From Octopus vulgaris (taxonomy: Eukaryota): a DNA stretch of 64,000 nt. The DNA lies in contig OX597832.1 of assembly GCA_951406725.2 (NCBI GenBank), forward strand, positions 41,912,001 through 41,976,000, written 5' to 3'. The notes below the pieces were generated by a model. It searched no databases. It had not been told where the DNA came from and worked only from the letters and a program-made list of their open reading frames with translations. The stretch's first letter is position 1; each line of letters starts with the position of its first letter. Of the stretch, positions 37,461 to 50,087 are shown in pieces. Both the position numbers and the translations under genes were made by a program.

Positions 37461-38849
37461 CAGAGGAGAAATATGGTGGCGATGGGCAGGAATGGGTGGG
37501 TAAGGCTTGTAAGAGTGAGAAAGGAGAGAGTAAAAGAACCATTTAGTGACAGAGCTGGAGGTGGTTAGAAGTACATAGGAATGGGTGTAGTAGGTGGAAG
37601 GCGATGGTGGTTGTGGTGTCAGTGGTAGCTGCTATATATGGGTGTCATATCTGGTTAAGGAGGTAGGAAGGGACGGCTGGTAGTAGTGCAGGAGGTGTGA
37701 TCAATGAAAAATGTGAGAGGAGAGGAACGAAGTTAAGAATGAGGGGGGGTGAATGCTGAAAGAAAATTATTCCAGGGATAGAGAGATAGCTTTTAGCAGA
37801 GAAAGGGGATGAAATATGTTCTCATTTGATTGCAGCAACAGTGATGGAAAGATGAATGTAGGGAGATGATAAGGCTTGACAGTAACAAATTGGGTGAGGA
37901 ACACAGTTGTATGTATGTGTAAGTATCTGTATGAGGATGTGCAAGTATGTGTGTGTGTATATATATGTGAATATGTGTTTGTATATGTATATATATTTGT
38001 GTTTGTATATATATATAATGTATACTTACATTCATTCATTCCTACATGCAAAATCATTAACATGTGGCTATTGACTTAAAATCTTAATGGTCAAAATCAA
38101 CATGTGGCTGCTGAAGTATGAAGCTTATATTAAAAAAAACAAAACCTTTGACAAGAAAGTCTACATGAATTCAACCAGTTTATAAAAAAACACTGATGCT
38201 TAAATACATTGGATTCTCGGAAAGTTGAATATGAACTTAGGAACTTTGTTTCAAACCATCTGTAAAAAAAAAAAATGAAAAAAATTCAAGGAATCTAAAT
38301 AAAAAAAAGATAAAATCTTGGACATGGTTGTGTATTCAGTGAAAGATATACGTGTATAAATATACATGGGTGGTATACTCAGCGGTGGTGCCCCAGCATG
38401 GCCGCGGCCTTCGGGCTAAAACATTTTAAAGGATTTTAAGGATGGGTGCAGGCTTGGCTGTGTGGTTAAGGGGCTTGTTTTGCAACCATACATAGTAATC
38501 CATGGGGTTTCAGTTAGGCGAATTAGGAGGTCAGAAAGAAAGAAAAGGTAAATAATAAGCACAAGAGAGAAGATATCATCATCGTTTAAAGATATGGGGA
38601 AGAGAAATCAGGAGGAGAAATGAAATGTAGAACGTAGTAAGGAGAAGGGGTCAAAGAGATATGTTAACGACATGAGCTCTCGAAAGTAGCAAATATATGC
38701 ATCCGAACGTTGGTTATTAGGAACAGAGGCGTGAGGAGGTATGACAGGCATAGAAATTCTCCAACAACCACTTCTACCTTTTGCCAGAAGTATAGCAAGG
38801 GGACGAATATTACTGCCACACATATGGCCTTCCAGCAGCAGCAGCAACA

Positions 38850-39232
38850 GTGGAGTCGCAGTGGCCCAGTGGTTAGGGCAGCAGATTCGTGGTCAGAGGA
38901 TCGCGGTTTCGATTCCCAAAACCGGGCGTTGTGTGTGTTTATTGAGCGAAAACACCTAAAGTTCCACGAGGCTCCAGCAGGGGTGTGGGTGGCAACCCCT
39001 GTTGTACTCTTTCGCCCCAACTTTCTCTCACTCTTTCTTCCTGTTTCTTGTCCCCAACTTCCTACGCAACCGCTGAGCCTGGATGCGCATTCATCCATCC
39101 GTCGATGCTCTCGGTTTCGGGGGTTGACCTGCTTTCTCTTCTGCAGGTCTTACGAATAGCAAAGGACCACGTTTCGGACTTCTCCCACTACAGACAAATG
39201 GGACGAAGACCGCTCCACTCAACAAACAAACA
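38850..39232 (+). mobile_element. tRNA-derived SINE family D (GTGGAGGCGCAATGGCCCAGTGGTTAGGGCAG head), tail type 1
   Basis: A box TGGCCCAGTGG, B box GTTTCGATTCC, (AAAC)n tail, inserted in a CAG/CAA repeat. Confidence 0.85.
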
Positions 39233-39926
39233 ACCAGCAACAGCAACAACAACCCTCTCCAGCCAGATATTGATCAGTCTCCAGCAGCCTCATGTAACCA
39301 TCTGAATTAAACCTAAAGCCTTTTTCAAAGGTGTGAGGATGAATTCCAGTGTGTGGACACTATCGGAATGCCTACTGTGTCCCTTCTTGGTGGCCATGGT
39401 CACCATTGTAGTTGTCTGTGTCACATCTTACAGCAGAAGTCATGATGTTGGCAATTTTGATACCTGGCACAAACCATGATGATACAAGTAACTCTTTCCC
39501 AATATCTGGATGGCTTCCAGTCCGTCACGACAGTTTTTTCTTAACTGCAACTTCAATTTTTACATCCTCCAATGCTGTCCACCAATACATCCTGAATACC
39601 TGTGTGTATGCATATACATATACAATGTATTTTGATGCATATATATATATGAGAAAGAGACATTTTGTGCAAAACAGAAACCCACCCATTCACGTGCGCA
39701 CGCATGTGAGTGTGTGTGTACACCAGGCTTCTTTTCATTTTTTACCTACAAAGTTCATTGATGAGGCTTTCACTATAATGCGGTGGTACGGAATATGAAA
39801 CTGCGTAGTTGCAAAGTGAACTTTTAACCACACAGCTATGCACATATTTATATATATATACAAATACTCACTTGCACACACATCACTCATTTGTATGTTT
39901 GTGTGTGTGTGTATATATATATATAT

Positions 39927-40228
39927 CATGTGACCGACCAGGCTATCAGGTGTTGCTACACATTGCTGGTCACCATGCATTTCGCATTGTTTTAGCCATC
40001 GAACGACGCCACCCCACTGGCTGAGCGAGCAGGCCAACAGAAGAAAGAGTGAGAGAAAGTTGCAGTGAAAGAGTACAGCAGGGATCACCACCACCTCTTG
40101 ACAGAGCCTCGTGGAACTTTAGATGTTTTCGCTCAATAAACACTCACAACACCCGGTCTGGGAATCGAAACTGAGATACTATGACTGCGAGTCTGCTACC
40201 CTAACCAATGGGCCATTGCGCCTCCACA
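39927..40228 (-). mobile_element. SINE family D, tail type 2
   Basis: Same head as the 38850 copy, unrelated 3' half. Confidence 0.82.
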
Positions 40229-40234
40229 TATATA

Positions 40235-40287
<53 letters not shown>

Positions 40288-40363
40288 CACACACACACAC
40301 ACATACATATTCATTCATTCATTTGTTTTTATGTTTCCTTTTTGATGCTGGCATGGATTAGAT

Positions 40364-40674
40364 CAAGGGTTCTCCACTATTTTCTATCTATTGACCCCTT
40401 TGGTTATTATTTTATTCTGATGGACCCCCATAGTCATGTGATATTTAAAAACTAGTTTTATAGAAACTTCTTTTCAAACTTCCTATTTTGTTTTCACTCA
40501 TTCACTTGTATAGGTTGAACTATGTAAAATGTTAGAGAAAGAAACCCAGCTATTTCTTGCAATACATATCAATATGTACATCTAAAGCAAAAATTTTTTT
40601 CAGGTGCCCTTAAAAAAATATTATTTGTTGTGTGGACCCTCGGGGGCCGTATGGACCATGATTGAGTCCCACTG
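40364..40674. mobile_element. hAT MITE
   Basis: Degenerate CA..GGTTCTC termini, 8-bp TSD GATTAGAT/GGTTAGAT, internal GGACCCC motifs shared with the 43924 element. Confidence 0.7.
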
Positions 40675-40841
40675 GGTTAGATGAATATGTATTATTGAGA
40701 TATTGTTTTACAGTTGGATGCTCTTCGTGTCACGAATACTTACCTGTCTTTCAAGAAAGGAAATATTTTATTCGCTTGTCTTTGAAGTTGCAAAGTTAGT
40801 GAATGATTTATAAGGAAGGCAATAACAAATATCTGCTTGTA

Positions 40842-40960
40842 GTCAGGAAGATGTGGGATGAAGTAGTGAAGGCTGATCTCAAGACAGCCTTACAAAAAGG
40901 AGATGGCAAAGGACCGAGATGTCTGGCACCTTGCGGTACTCAAGAAAACTCGTTCACCAC
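40842..40960 (+). mobile_element. RTE 3' ORF fragment leading into a family B tail
   Basis: RKMWDEVVKADL..EMAKDRDVW..AVLKKT relic, followed by the family B tail to about 41155. Confidence 0.65.
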
Positions 40961-42892
40961 AGCAGAATTGATACTGGTATTGGTGCCATGTAAAAAGCAC
41001 CAAGTACACTCTGGAATGGTTGGCATTAGGGTGTCCAGCTGTAGAAACCATGCCAGAACAGTTCCATGCTAAACAGTTTCCTGCTAGACAGCTCCATGTC
41101 AAACTGTCCAACCCATGCCAGCAGAAAAAGCGGATGTTAAACAATGATGATAATGTAACTGTATATTTTTAGAATGACATTGTAGGGTAGGTGTGAGAAG
41201 TTGGATCTGGTCAGTTTTAACATGAGACAAGTAGAATATTTGGACCAGATATGGCTGGATTAAATGCCAAAAAGTTAACAGCATTTTCTTGTATTTTAGA
41301 CCTTTTTGTTTTCTCTGTTTCCATTTTTGCTATTTTCTTCCTGCAAAGTTTCTTGAGAATTTAGTGTCTGCATTAACTCCTATAATTAAGTTGCAATAAA
41401 GCAGAAAAAATAAACTTAGAGTTCTCCTCTCACTGGCCTTATTCTATTGTATTGGATGTATGTATCTGTATATGATACACCAAACATTTTTTTTAGTAAA
41501 ACATGTGTAAGGCACCAGAAGTATTTTTGATGTTTTATTTCAAACAATAACTGCTTGAAATCCAATCAGCTGGATTGCAGAATTGGTAGGGTGTCAGACA
41601 AAATACCTTTTGACATTAGGCTACATCCCTTTATATATTCTTATTTCAGTTCTTGCTAAAGGCTTACTTTAATTTTCTTCTTTCTGAGGTCAGTAAAATG
41701 AAATACTAATTGATAAAATAATCTCTGGGTTTAGTATAATTGATTATACCCCAGATGGCTATGCCCCAGCTTGGCCACTGTGCAACGAAAGAAACCACGA
41801 AAGAAAATATATTGTGGACTACAGTTAAACTCTTGAAGGGATCGCCCCTAACCCTTTCTAGCAACACACACTCACAAACAAAATCACACACATATTAATG
41901 TCTATGTATGTTTGTACATACATAGATACATACATGTGTGTGTGTACAAGGTGTGTCCTAAAGGAAACCAAGCTTTCTAAAAATGAAGTTATTGCTCTGT
42001 CTACTATTTAATTGGATTTGTCTCGTTTGAATGGTATACCATCGACTGTTGATACATTATTGAACAGTAGCTTTCCAATCGAAATGATCAGATCAGTGTC
42101 AGCTTCATAACTGAGTGACTCCAACATGCATTTTCTGGTCCCAACAATGATTCACACTAATGTGACAAACTGTTTTTGTTTCAGCTTCATAGCCATACAT
42201 CCATGTAACACTTTTCAGAAAATTTTCAAACAACCCTTGAATGGCATTATTTATTTATTTATTTTTTTTTTAGGTGGGGGAAGGGGTCAAATTTTGCAGT
42301 TGCACCCTGTGTTTTCAAGTTTACTTTTAAAGTCATTTGGGACTAGACTAATTTTTACAGATGCCTACTTCTTTAGTATCTTCATGACCAGTCAGGAGGT
42401 GATCTTATTCCGCTTTAGGTTCCTCTTTGGTAGATGTTCTGATTTGGAGTCCTGGTCCCACTCATGGCATTGTAAGTGTGTGGAACTAACAGTCTTCCCC
42501 TTTGGGCCTTATTGCAACTTCAGAAAAGTCTCAGAGCTAGTTTTCCCCAATTTGGAATTAGAATTTTGCATAGACATGTTTCTCTTCTAAATTCTTCATT
42601 AGTTGACTTGTGACAGATCTAGGGCATACTTTCATTCTAGCATGTGTTGGTTGATTGATGTCTAATTAGTGTGGTGTGATGTGTTTGGCATGCTGTTTTA
42701 AAGATTCGGTTTCTTTTTAGACAGAGCTCATGTGTGTGTGTGTATTGTGTGTGTGTCTTTCTCTCAAAAGATTTTTTCATTCAGGACCCATTGATAGTTA
42801 CAGTTAATTGTGGTATTGTTCTTTAAGAGTTAAGTTTAGTAAATGTTAGTCTTCTGTGCCTTGTAAATAAAATAGTTTTATAGAGTTTTGTA

Positions 42893-43171
42893 AAAAGTAC
42901 CATCCGAATCGTGGCCGATGCCAGTGCTGCCGGTGTCATGTAAAATGCACCAACCGATTGTGGCCGTTGCCAGCCTCGCCTGGCACCTGTGCAGGTGGCA
43001 CGTAAAAAGCACCCACTACACTCACGGAGTGGTTGGCATTAGGAAGGGCATCCAGCCGTAGAAACACTGCCAGATCAGACTGGAGCCTGGCGCAGCCTTC
43101 TGGCTTCCCAGACCCCAGTTGAACCGTCCAACCCATGCTAGCATGGAAAACAGATGTTAAACGATGATGAT
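42893..43171 (+). mobile_element. Repeat family B (GGCACGTAAAAAGCACC modules + (GAT)n tail; RTE-type SINE or LINE 3' end)
   Basis: Matches many other copies: ...GGAAGGGCATCCAGCTGTAGAAAC...CCATGCTAGCATGGAAAACGGACGTTAAACGATGATG. Confidence 0.85.
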
Positions 43172-43923
43172 GTGCGTTTGTGTGTTTACGCATACACACA
43201 AGTATGCATGAGCACACATACATATGCATACATATATTTGCTTCTTCTTTATGTTTCTATTTTAACAAACTGTTACAAAATTGCTTTAGGTTTGTGGATG
43301 AAAGGACTGTGTATATGGCCTTTAGAGGCCAGCTAAAATCCATGGTTGGTGAGATTGACACTGTTAAGATTTGTTTTTGAGCAGTTTGCACTTTGATGCG
43401 CTCAGAAAATATGCAAAATAGGGAATCTAGTTGGATAACATTCTGTGGAGGAAGAGCTGGGTGTATAGTTTGTGCAGAGCTTAAAGTTGGAGTCAGAATA
43501 TGCAGTAAGAAAGGTAAGTAAGCTGTGGAATCAAACAGCCCCAAGGAACAGAAGCCACTGTTGTAGAAACGGTAGAAAGAAGGGACAGTACATCCTTTTG
43601 TTAGGGTCTGGAATATGTTTGTGAATAACTTTATGCTAATTAGTTGAGTGGTTTGTCTTTGGATGCAGGGAAGAAAACCTTTGTGTGGGGGGCAGTTATA
43701 ATAGGCACTGGTGTAGCTCTGTGGTTAAGAAATTCATATCTAACCATGGGAAATATTTCTTTGCTTACAAACAGGTGAGTGATGGTGATAGGGAACCATC
43801 CAGCTGTAGAAAATCTACCTCAACAAGTTCTGTCTGACTCATACAAGCATGGAAAAGTGAATCTAAATGATGAGGGATGTGAACAGTACTTCCTCATGGG
43901 TTTCATCTAGGCTTTGTGTAGGG

Positions 43924-44329
43924 CAATGGTTCTCAATCTTTTTTTCACCTGTGGACCCCTTTGGTTCCTATTTCTCTCAAGTGGACCCTCATAACCAATT
44001 GATGTTTAAAAAGTACTATTATATTTTTATAATTGAATATTATTAGGAATTCATCATGATCATCATCATTGTTTAACGTCCGCTTTCCATGTTAGCATGG
44101 GTTGGACGATTTTGACTGAGGGCTGGCGAGCCAGATGGCTGCACCAGGCTTCAATCTTGATCTGGCAGAGTTTCTACAGCTGGATGCCCTTCCTAACGCC
44201 AACCACTCCGAGAGTGTAGTGGGTGAAAAAAATTTTTTTTTTAAATATTTTCTGTACTATAGAAGTGTAGCCAATTTATTGCACAAATTTTAACAAAATC
44301 TTATATGGACCCCAGTTGAGGAACTACAG
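43924..44329. mobile_element. hAT MITE carrying a family B insertion (about 44055-44226)
   Basis: CAATGGTTCTCAA / TTGAGGAACTACAG termini, TSD GTGTAGGG/GTGTAGAG. Confidence 0.78.
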
Positions 44330-44882
44330 GTGTAGAGTTATCAACTCAGATGGAGACTGATGTATTTTCTCCCGCTCTCAAGAGGGACGTCAGTCACTTT
44401 GCTTGTGAGTAGATGCCGTGATGAAAATCTGTTTGTTGCCCATCTCACCTTCTTTAGCTTTTGTCTGTTCTCCTTATTTGTGTCCCCTCTTTCTCTCATT
44501 GCCCTTTTGTTTGTCTCCTTATTTTCTCTCGTTTACTCCTCTCTTTAGTCCAGTAGTTCAACACAAGCTAAATGGTCAGTATTTCATATTTCACCAGGCC
44601 ATTTGTTTATATGCTGTGTTCAGGGGCTTCTAAGGGTTGGGATTCAACCAGTACATTGATCTGCAGTGAGTAGAGCCAAAGAGAGCCCTATGAATATCTG
44701 ACAAGTTATTTTACTCCCTAAAGAAAAAATTATAAAAATTCACACCATTCTCTGTTTTTGAGAGGATTCCTCTGGACCCGAAGGCAAGCTTGATTTTACA
44801 AAATCTGTCTCCAAGGTTACTGGCCATGCTGCTTTTAAAGCCAACCTAGCTGTAAGTAAGCACCATGGGTTGCTGCATGCTG

Positions 44883-45110
44883 TTAACCCTTTCATTACTA
44901 ACCCGGCTGAAACCGGCTCAGGTTCTGAGTACAAATGCCTTGTTTTCAAAAATTCTGAATTAAAATATTCCACCAAAACTTAGTCACAATTTATGTTCCT
45001 AATACTAGCTTAATGATAACGAAGTTATTTTATTAAATTCTTTGTTATATTTAAAGTAATTGAAAGAAATACAGAGCATCTCAAAATAAATACAGTAATG
45101 AAGGGGTTAA
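44883..45110 (+). mobile_element. piggyBac-like MITE, family P2
   Basis: TTAA TSD, CCCTTTC/GAAGGGG termini. Confidence 0.9.
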
Positions 45111-45971
45111 CTGAAGTACCTTGAGACAGTAGTTTGCTAACTTTGCTTTGTGTAGTTCACTCATCTTTTTGCCTGAACAGAAGATGGCTTGGTTTAGTAG
45201 TACGTTCAGCAGTAGAAGTAGTACTGCAGGTGACCATTGCAGAGTGTGAGTCTACTCCTGGCAGGCCAGATATCTCCTGCAACCCAGTTTTGATTCACGC
45301 TTGTAGCTATTTTCAGATTAGCTTATATTAATAGCAATTAGAAGGCTGACAGAGCTGGACACAACCCACTCCCTCTTTACTCCAATACATAAACAGAAGA
45401 AATTGTAGTCCTTAGAAAGCTTTAAGCTTCATGCCTTGTTGGTGAAGGCAACAGGAAATGATTGTCTTTATTCTGTATTCTTCTTAGACACCTTAAGCAA
45501 ATTTATACCTCAAACCCCAAAACTCTGAGATTTGTGTAGGTTTCTCTTGTTCATTACTGCAAATGTGTGTGTGTGATGAAACTTGAGCCACAATATTGTT
45601 TCACTGCACTACACGTAACTGCTAAGAGGCAAGAAGAATTCAGGTTAGAGTGACATGTTTTATTTGTAATGGTGACGTAAAGCAATTTATAGAAGGTGGT
45701 GATTCTTATGTCACTTGATCGTATTTTTGCAGTTACTATTATCAACACCATCGTTGTCATCACGGCCATCGTTGTCATTGTCACTGCCATCATAATCATC
45801 AGCTATGGAAATTGGGACAATAGAGATTAGCCCGGCATCTACACAAGGTTAACAGTCAAATTTCTGATAAAAGGAAAAAAAGCTGTCAGGACTTATTATT
45901 ATAAACTGGCCTTGTGCAAAAATGAGGAAGAATTATTATTATTATTAGATGCAGTAGAATTTTTAATTAGC

Positions 45972-46120
45972 GAAAGGGCATCCAGCTGTAGAAACACTGC
46001 CGGATCAGACTGGAGCCTGGTGCAGCCTTCTGGCTTCCCAGATCCCGGTCGAACCGTCCAACCCATGCTAGCATGGAAAACGGACGTTAAACGATGATAA
46101 TAATGATAATGATGATGATG
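45972..46120 (+). mobile_element. Family B, 3' portion
   Basis: Tail sequence with (GAT)n. Confidence 0.85.
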
Positions 46121-46207
46121 AAGTCGCAGTTTTGAGTGATGAAAATTTTTAAAACAATGTTATAAATAAATGTTTAAGTGAATTTAATGGTCTTTGTGTG
46201 TTTCTAA

Positions 46208-46490
46208 ATCATCATCATCATCATCGTTTAACGTCCGTTTTCCTTGCTAGCATGGGTTGGACGGTTCAACTGGGGTCTGGGAAGCCAGGAGGTTGCACCA
46301 GGCTCCAGTCTGATCTGGCAGTGTTTCTACAGCTGGATGCCCTTCCTAACACCAACCACTCCGAGAGTGTAGTGGGTGCTTTTTATGTGCCACCTGCACA
46401 GGTGCCAGATGAGGCTGGCAAACGGCCTCGATCGGATGGTGCTTTTTACGTGCCACCGGGACGGGGGCCAGGCGAGGCTGGCAACGGCCA
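46208..46490 (-). mobile_element. Family B
   Basis: Reverse complement of the 42893-43171 copy. Confidence 0.88.
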
Positions 46491-46935
46491 GTGGCTAACT
46501 TTTATGTCTTCCACACTGCAATCACTTTATCTTCAGCACACAACACTTGCTATGCAAGTATATTTCTCTTGTTGTTTTCATTATACAAGGAGACAAGTTG
46601 GCAGAGTCGTTACTGCACCGGGCAAAATGCTTTGTGGCATTTTGTCTGTGTTTACATTCTGAGTTCAAATTCCCTCAAGGTCGACTTTGCCTTTCATTCT
46701 TTTGCAGTCGATAAGATAAGCACCAGTTGAGCATTGAAGTCAATGTACTCAACTATGCCCCCTCCTACAAACTTGCTGGCCTTGTGCCAAAATTTGAAAC
46801 CATTATTATTACAATTATTAGGTTGGTAGACTGGCAAAATTAGGAACAGGATCAATGTAATCTACTAACCTCTCATCTCAAAAACTGTAGGCCAGTGTCC
46901 CCCTGAACCAGAAACAGTTAATACTATAAGGATGT

Positions 46936-47207
46936 TGCCAGCGCCACCTTGACTGGCTTCCGTGCTGGTGGCACGTAAAAAGCACCAACCGATCATGGCC
47001 GTTGCCAGCCTCCCCTGGCACCTGTGACAGTGGCACGTAAAAAGCACCCACTACACTCATGGAGTGGTTGGCATTAGGAAGGGCATCCAGCTGTAGAAAC
47101 TCTGCCAGATCAAGATTGGAGCCTGGTACAGCCTCCTGGCTTCCCAGACCCCGGTCGAACTGTCCAACCCATGCTTGCATGGAAAACGGACGTTAAACGA
47201 TGATGAT
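46936..47207 (+). mobile_element. Family B
   Basis: Two modules plus tail. Confidence 0.88.
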
Positions 47208-47718
47208 GGTGTTGGGTTGGCAGAATCCAATGTGAATTTTGCTGTTAAAGCATCAGGAAAACTGCCATTCAGTAGTTCTTCTGAATTCAAATCCTGCTGA
47301 GGTGAACTTTTCTTTTCATATTTTGATGGGTTAATTACAAAATATCAGTCAAATACTGGGGTGGATGGTGTTAATCAACCCTCTCTCTGAAAATAACTGA
47401 ACTTGTGCTAAAATTATTATTATTATTCTTATTGTTATTTGGGTGGTGGAATCTGCAAAAATCAGAGCTATTGGCAAAATACTTTGGGATATTTCGTTAC
47501 ATATGAGTTCAAATTCTACTATGGTCAGTTTTTCTCTTTTTCAATACTTTCAGAATCCATACGTACTAGTCATATGTTGCAGTAACTCTAATTGACCCCC
47601 TCCCCACCATCTGCAACCTTGTGCCTCTGTTAGTTGTTGTTTCCATTGTTTTTTTTTGTTTTTGTTTTTAATTAATTAATCCCTACTTTACTGTTTCTCC
47701 TTTCTCACAGGTGAAGAC

Positions 47719-47886
47719 ATGAATAACCAGCCTTACTCAGGTGCAGATAGACATGTCGAGAAAGTTCCACATTCTGGGGTGGAGACCTCTCTCTCATCCC
47801 GCGTCTCTGCCCCGACCAGTCGGCCAACTCATATCTATCCACAGCAGTCACCGCACCATGCTACCGATCATATAAATACATACACA
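47719..47886 (+). CDS. SAP130: SAP130 orthologue, first visible coding exon (exon starts 47711; MNNQPY...INTYT, 56 codons, phase 0)
   Basis: Pyrimidine tract + tttctcacAG acceptor at 47709-47710, ATG at 47719, donor ACA|GTAAGT. Splices in frame to the next exon. The frame is open 5' of the ATG, so an upstream coding exon is not excluded. Confidence 0.8.
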
Positions 47887-48023
47887 GTAAGTATTATTTA
47901 GTGTACTACTTGCTACAAGTTTCTTAACAATTTGCATTGTACTTGTGTCCAACCTATACTAGCATAGAAAATGGATGGTAAATGATGATAATGATTACAA
48001 GTGCTTTATTATTATTATTATTG

Positions 48024-48388
48024 AGCACCATCCGAGCATGATCGTTGCCAAAGCGGCTAACTGGCTTCCGTGCCGGTGGCATGTAGGAGGCACCATTCGA
48101 GCAGAATCGTTACCAGCATCGCCTTACTGGCACCTGTGCCGTTGGCATGTGGAAAAAAAAATTCGAGCGAGATCGTTGCCAGTACCGCCTGACTGGCACG
48201 TAAAAGCACCCACTACACTCTCGGAATGGTTGGCGTTAGGAAGGGCATCCAACTGTAGAAACTCTGCCAGATCAAGACTAGAGCCTGGTGCAGCCATCTG
48301 GTTCGCCAGCCCACAGTCAAACCGTCCAACCCATGCTAGCATGGAAAGTGGACGTTAAACGACGACGATGATGATGATGATGATGATG
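48024..48388 (+). mobile_element. Family B (variant modules)
   Basis: Three ~65-bp modules plus (GAT)n tail. Confidence 0.85.
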
Positions 48389-48389
48389 G

Positions 48390-49412
48390 AGTCAAGCTAG
48401 CAGAATCGTTAGCATGTCAAGTGAAATGCTTAACAGTATTTCATCCGTCTTTATGTTCTGAGTTCAAACTCCACTGATAAAATATCCACCGTCCTCTCCC
48501 ACAAGTTTCAGGCCTTATACCTTCAGTATAAAGGGTTATTACTATTAATATTAAGGAGGCAAGCTGGCAGAATCGTTAGCATGCAGAGTGAAATGCTTAG
48601 CAGGAGTTCATCTGTCTTTATGTTCTGAGTTGATTCTGCCAGAGTTGATTTTGCCTTTCATCCTTTCGGGGTTGATAAAATAAGTAAGTACCAGTTGAGT
48701 ACTGGAGTCATTGTAATCAACTTGTACCCTCCCCCAAGATTACTGGCCTTGTGCCAAAATGTGAGACCATTATTATTATAGATGATGATGATATTAAGGC
48801 AGTGAGCTGGTGAAATTGTTAGCATTTATTTAACATGATATTTACTTGCATTTCTTTCTTCTTACATTCTCAATTCAAATTCCATCCAGGTTATCTTGAC
48901 CTTTTGAAGTTGATAAAATTTAAATCCCTCCCTTAAAACTGCTGGCCTTGTGCCATGATTTGAAGCTGCCATTATCAGTATTATTCTTATGATAAAGATG
49001 GTGAGCTGGCAGAATTGTTAGTGTGTTGGATAAAATGCTTAGCAGAATTTTGTCTGAGTTCAAATTCTGCCTCAGTCAACTTTGCCTTTCATCCTTTTCG
49101 GGGTCAATAGATTAAGTACCAATGAAACACTGGTGTCGATGTTATCGACTAGTCCCCTCCCCAAAAATTTCAGGCCTTGTTCCGTTTGTAGAAAGGATTA
49201 TTATTATTATTATTAGTTGTAGTAGTATTAAGATGACAAGCTAGCATTATTGTGTTGGACATATTTAGTGGCAATCCTTCCTGCTCGGTTATGTTCTGAG
49301 TTCAAATTCTGCTGAGATCAACTTAACCTTTCATCCTTTTGGGTTTGATTAAATACCTACCAGCTGAGTAGGGAGTGGGATAGTGGCATCAACTAACCCT
49401 CTCCCCTTAAAC
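48390..49412 (+). mobile_element. Head-to-tail cluster of about five family C SINEs with (ATT)n tails
   Basis: Repeated AGCTGGCAGAATCGTTAGC...GAGTTCAAATTC...GGCCTTGTGCC units starting near 48390, 48553, 48795, 48995 and 49230. More copies at about 46596, 47280, 47440, 56276 and 56600. Confidence 0.85.
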
Positions 49413-49782
49413 TTAGAACTATGAAACAATCCACTTGGTTTGTCTCGCTAAGGGAAGTAACTTAGTAAAGAAAGCGACTATATTGTTTGTTATTGGTAGT
49501 CCTGTTAGTAGAGGGAGGGACGTTTGGTATAGTGCTTGTATTGTCAATGCTACAACAGAAGCCAGTACATTTACAAAAATATTAAGATCTTGACTTTTTT
49601 CCATATTTCTTTTCTGTCCTATAATAAAAATTATTCTTTTGAAAACACTTTATTTATTTATATATTTAAACTGGAACGCCATCAGTTACAGAAATGAGTG
49701 TTCCAGTTGGTTTGATCAACGGAACAGCCTGCTCGTGAAATTAACATGCAACTGGTTGAGTACTCCACAGATACATGTACCT

Positions 49783-50009
49783 TTAACTCTTTAGTGTTCA
49801 GATTATTCAATCAAACATAATGCATATTGATTCCCATTGATTTGAATTAATCATGCATTGTCTCATATCTTCAAGATCTTGATGGTGTAATTACTTAATA
49901 TAGAATAACATTGTGGGGTAGGTGTGAGGGCCTGGATCTGGTCAGTTTGAACGTAAGGCAGATTAAATATTTTGGCCGGATACGGCCAGTTTAAATACTA
50001 AAGGGTTAA
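49783..50009 (+). mobile_element. piggyBac-like MITE, family P1; other copies at about 29604-29783, 31060-31278, 41150-41278, 58075-58257, 59500-59670, 61010-61085
   Basis: TTAA TSD; consensus CCCTTTAGCATT...AATGCTAAAGGG termini across copies. Confidence 0.85.
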
Positions 50010-50087
50010 CATAGTTCTCGGGGAGATTCAGCATGACAAGGGTGGCCCTTTGAATTACAGGTCCTACTCATTTTTTGCCAGTTGAGT

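Noticed and set aside
38850-38930. tRNA gene candidates at SINE heads (also 170, 51919, 57807)
   Set aside because: A and B boxes are present, but there is no closed acceptor stem and each continues into a SINE body.
46198-46662. 154-aa ORF and similar ORFs (MGWTV..LDALPNANHS..)
   Set aside because: Recurrent antisense translation of repeat family B.
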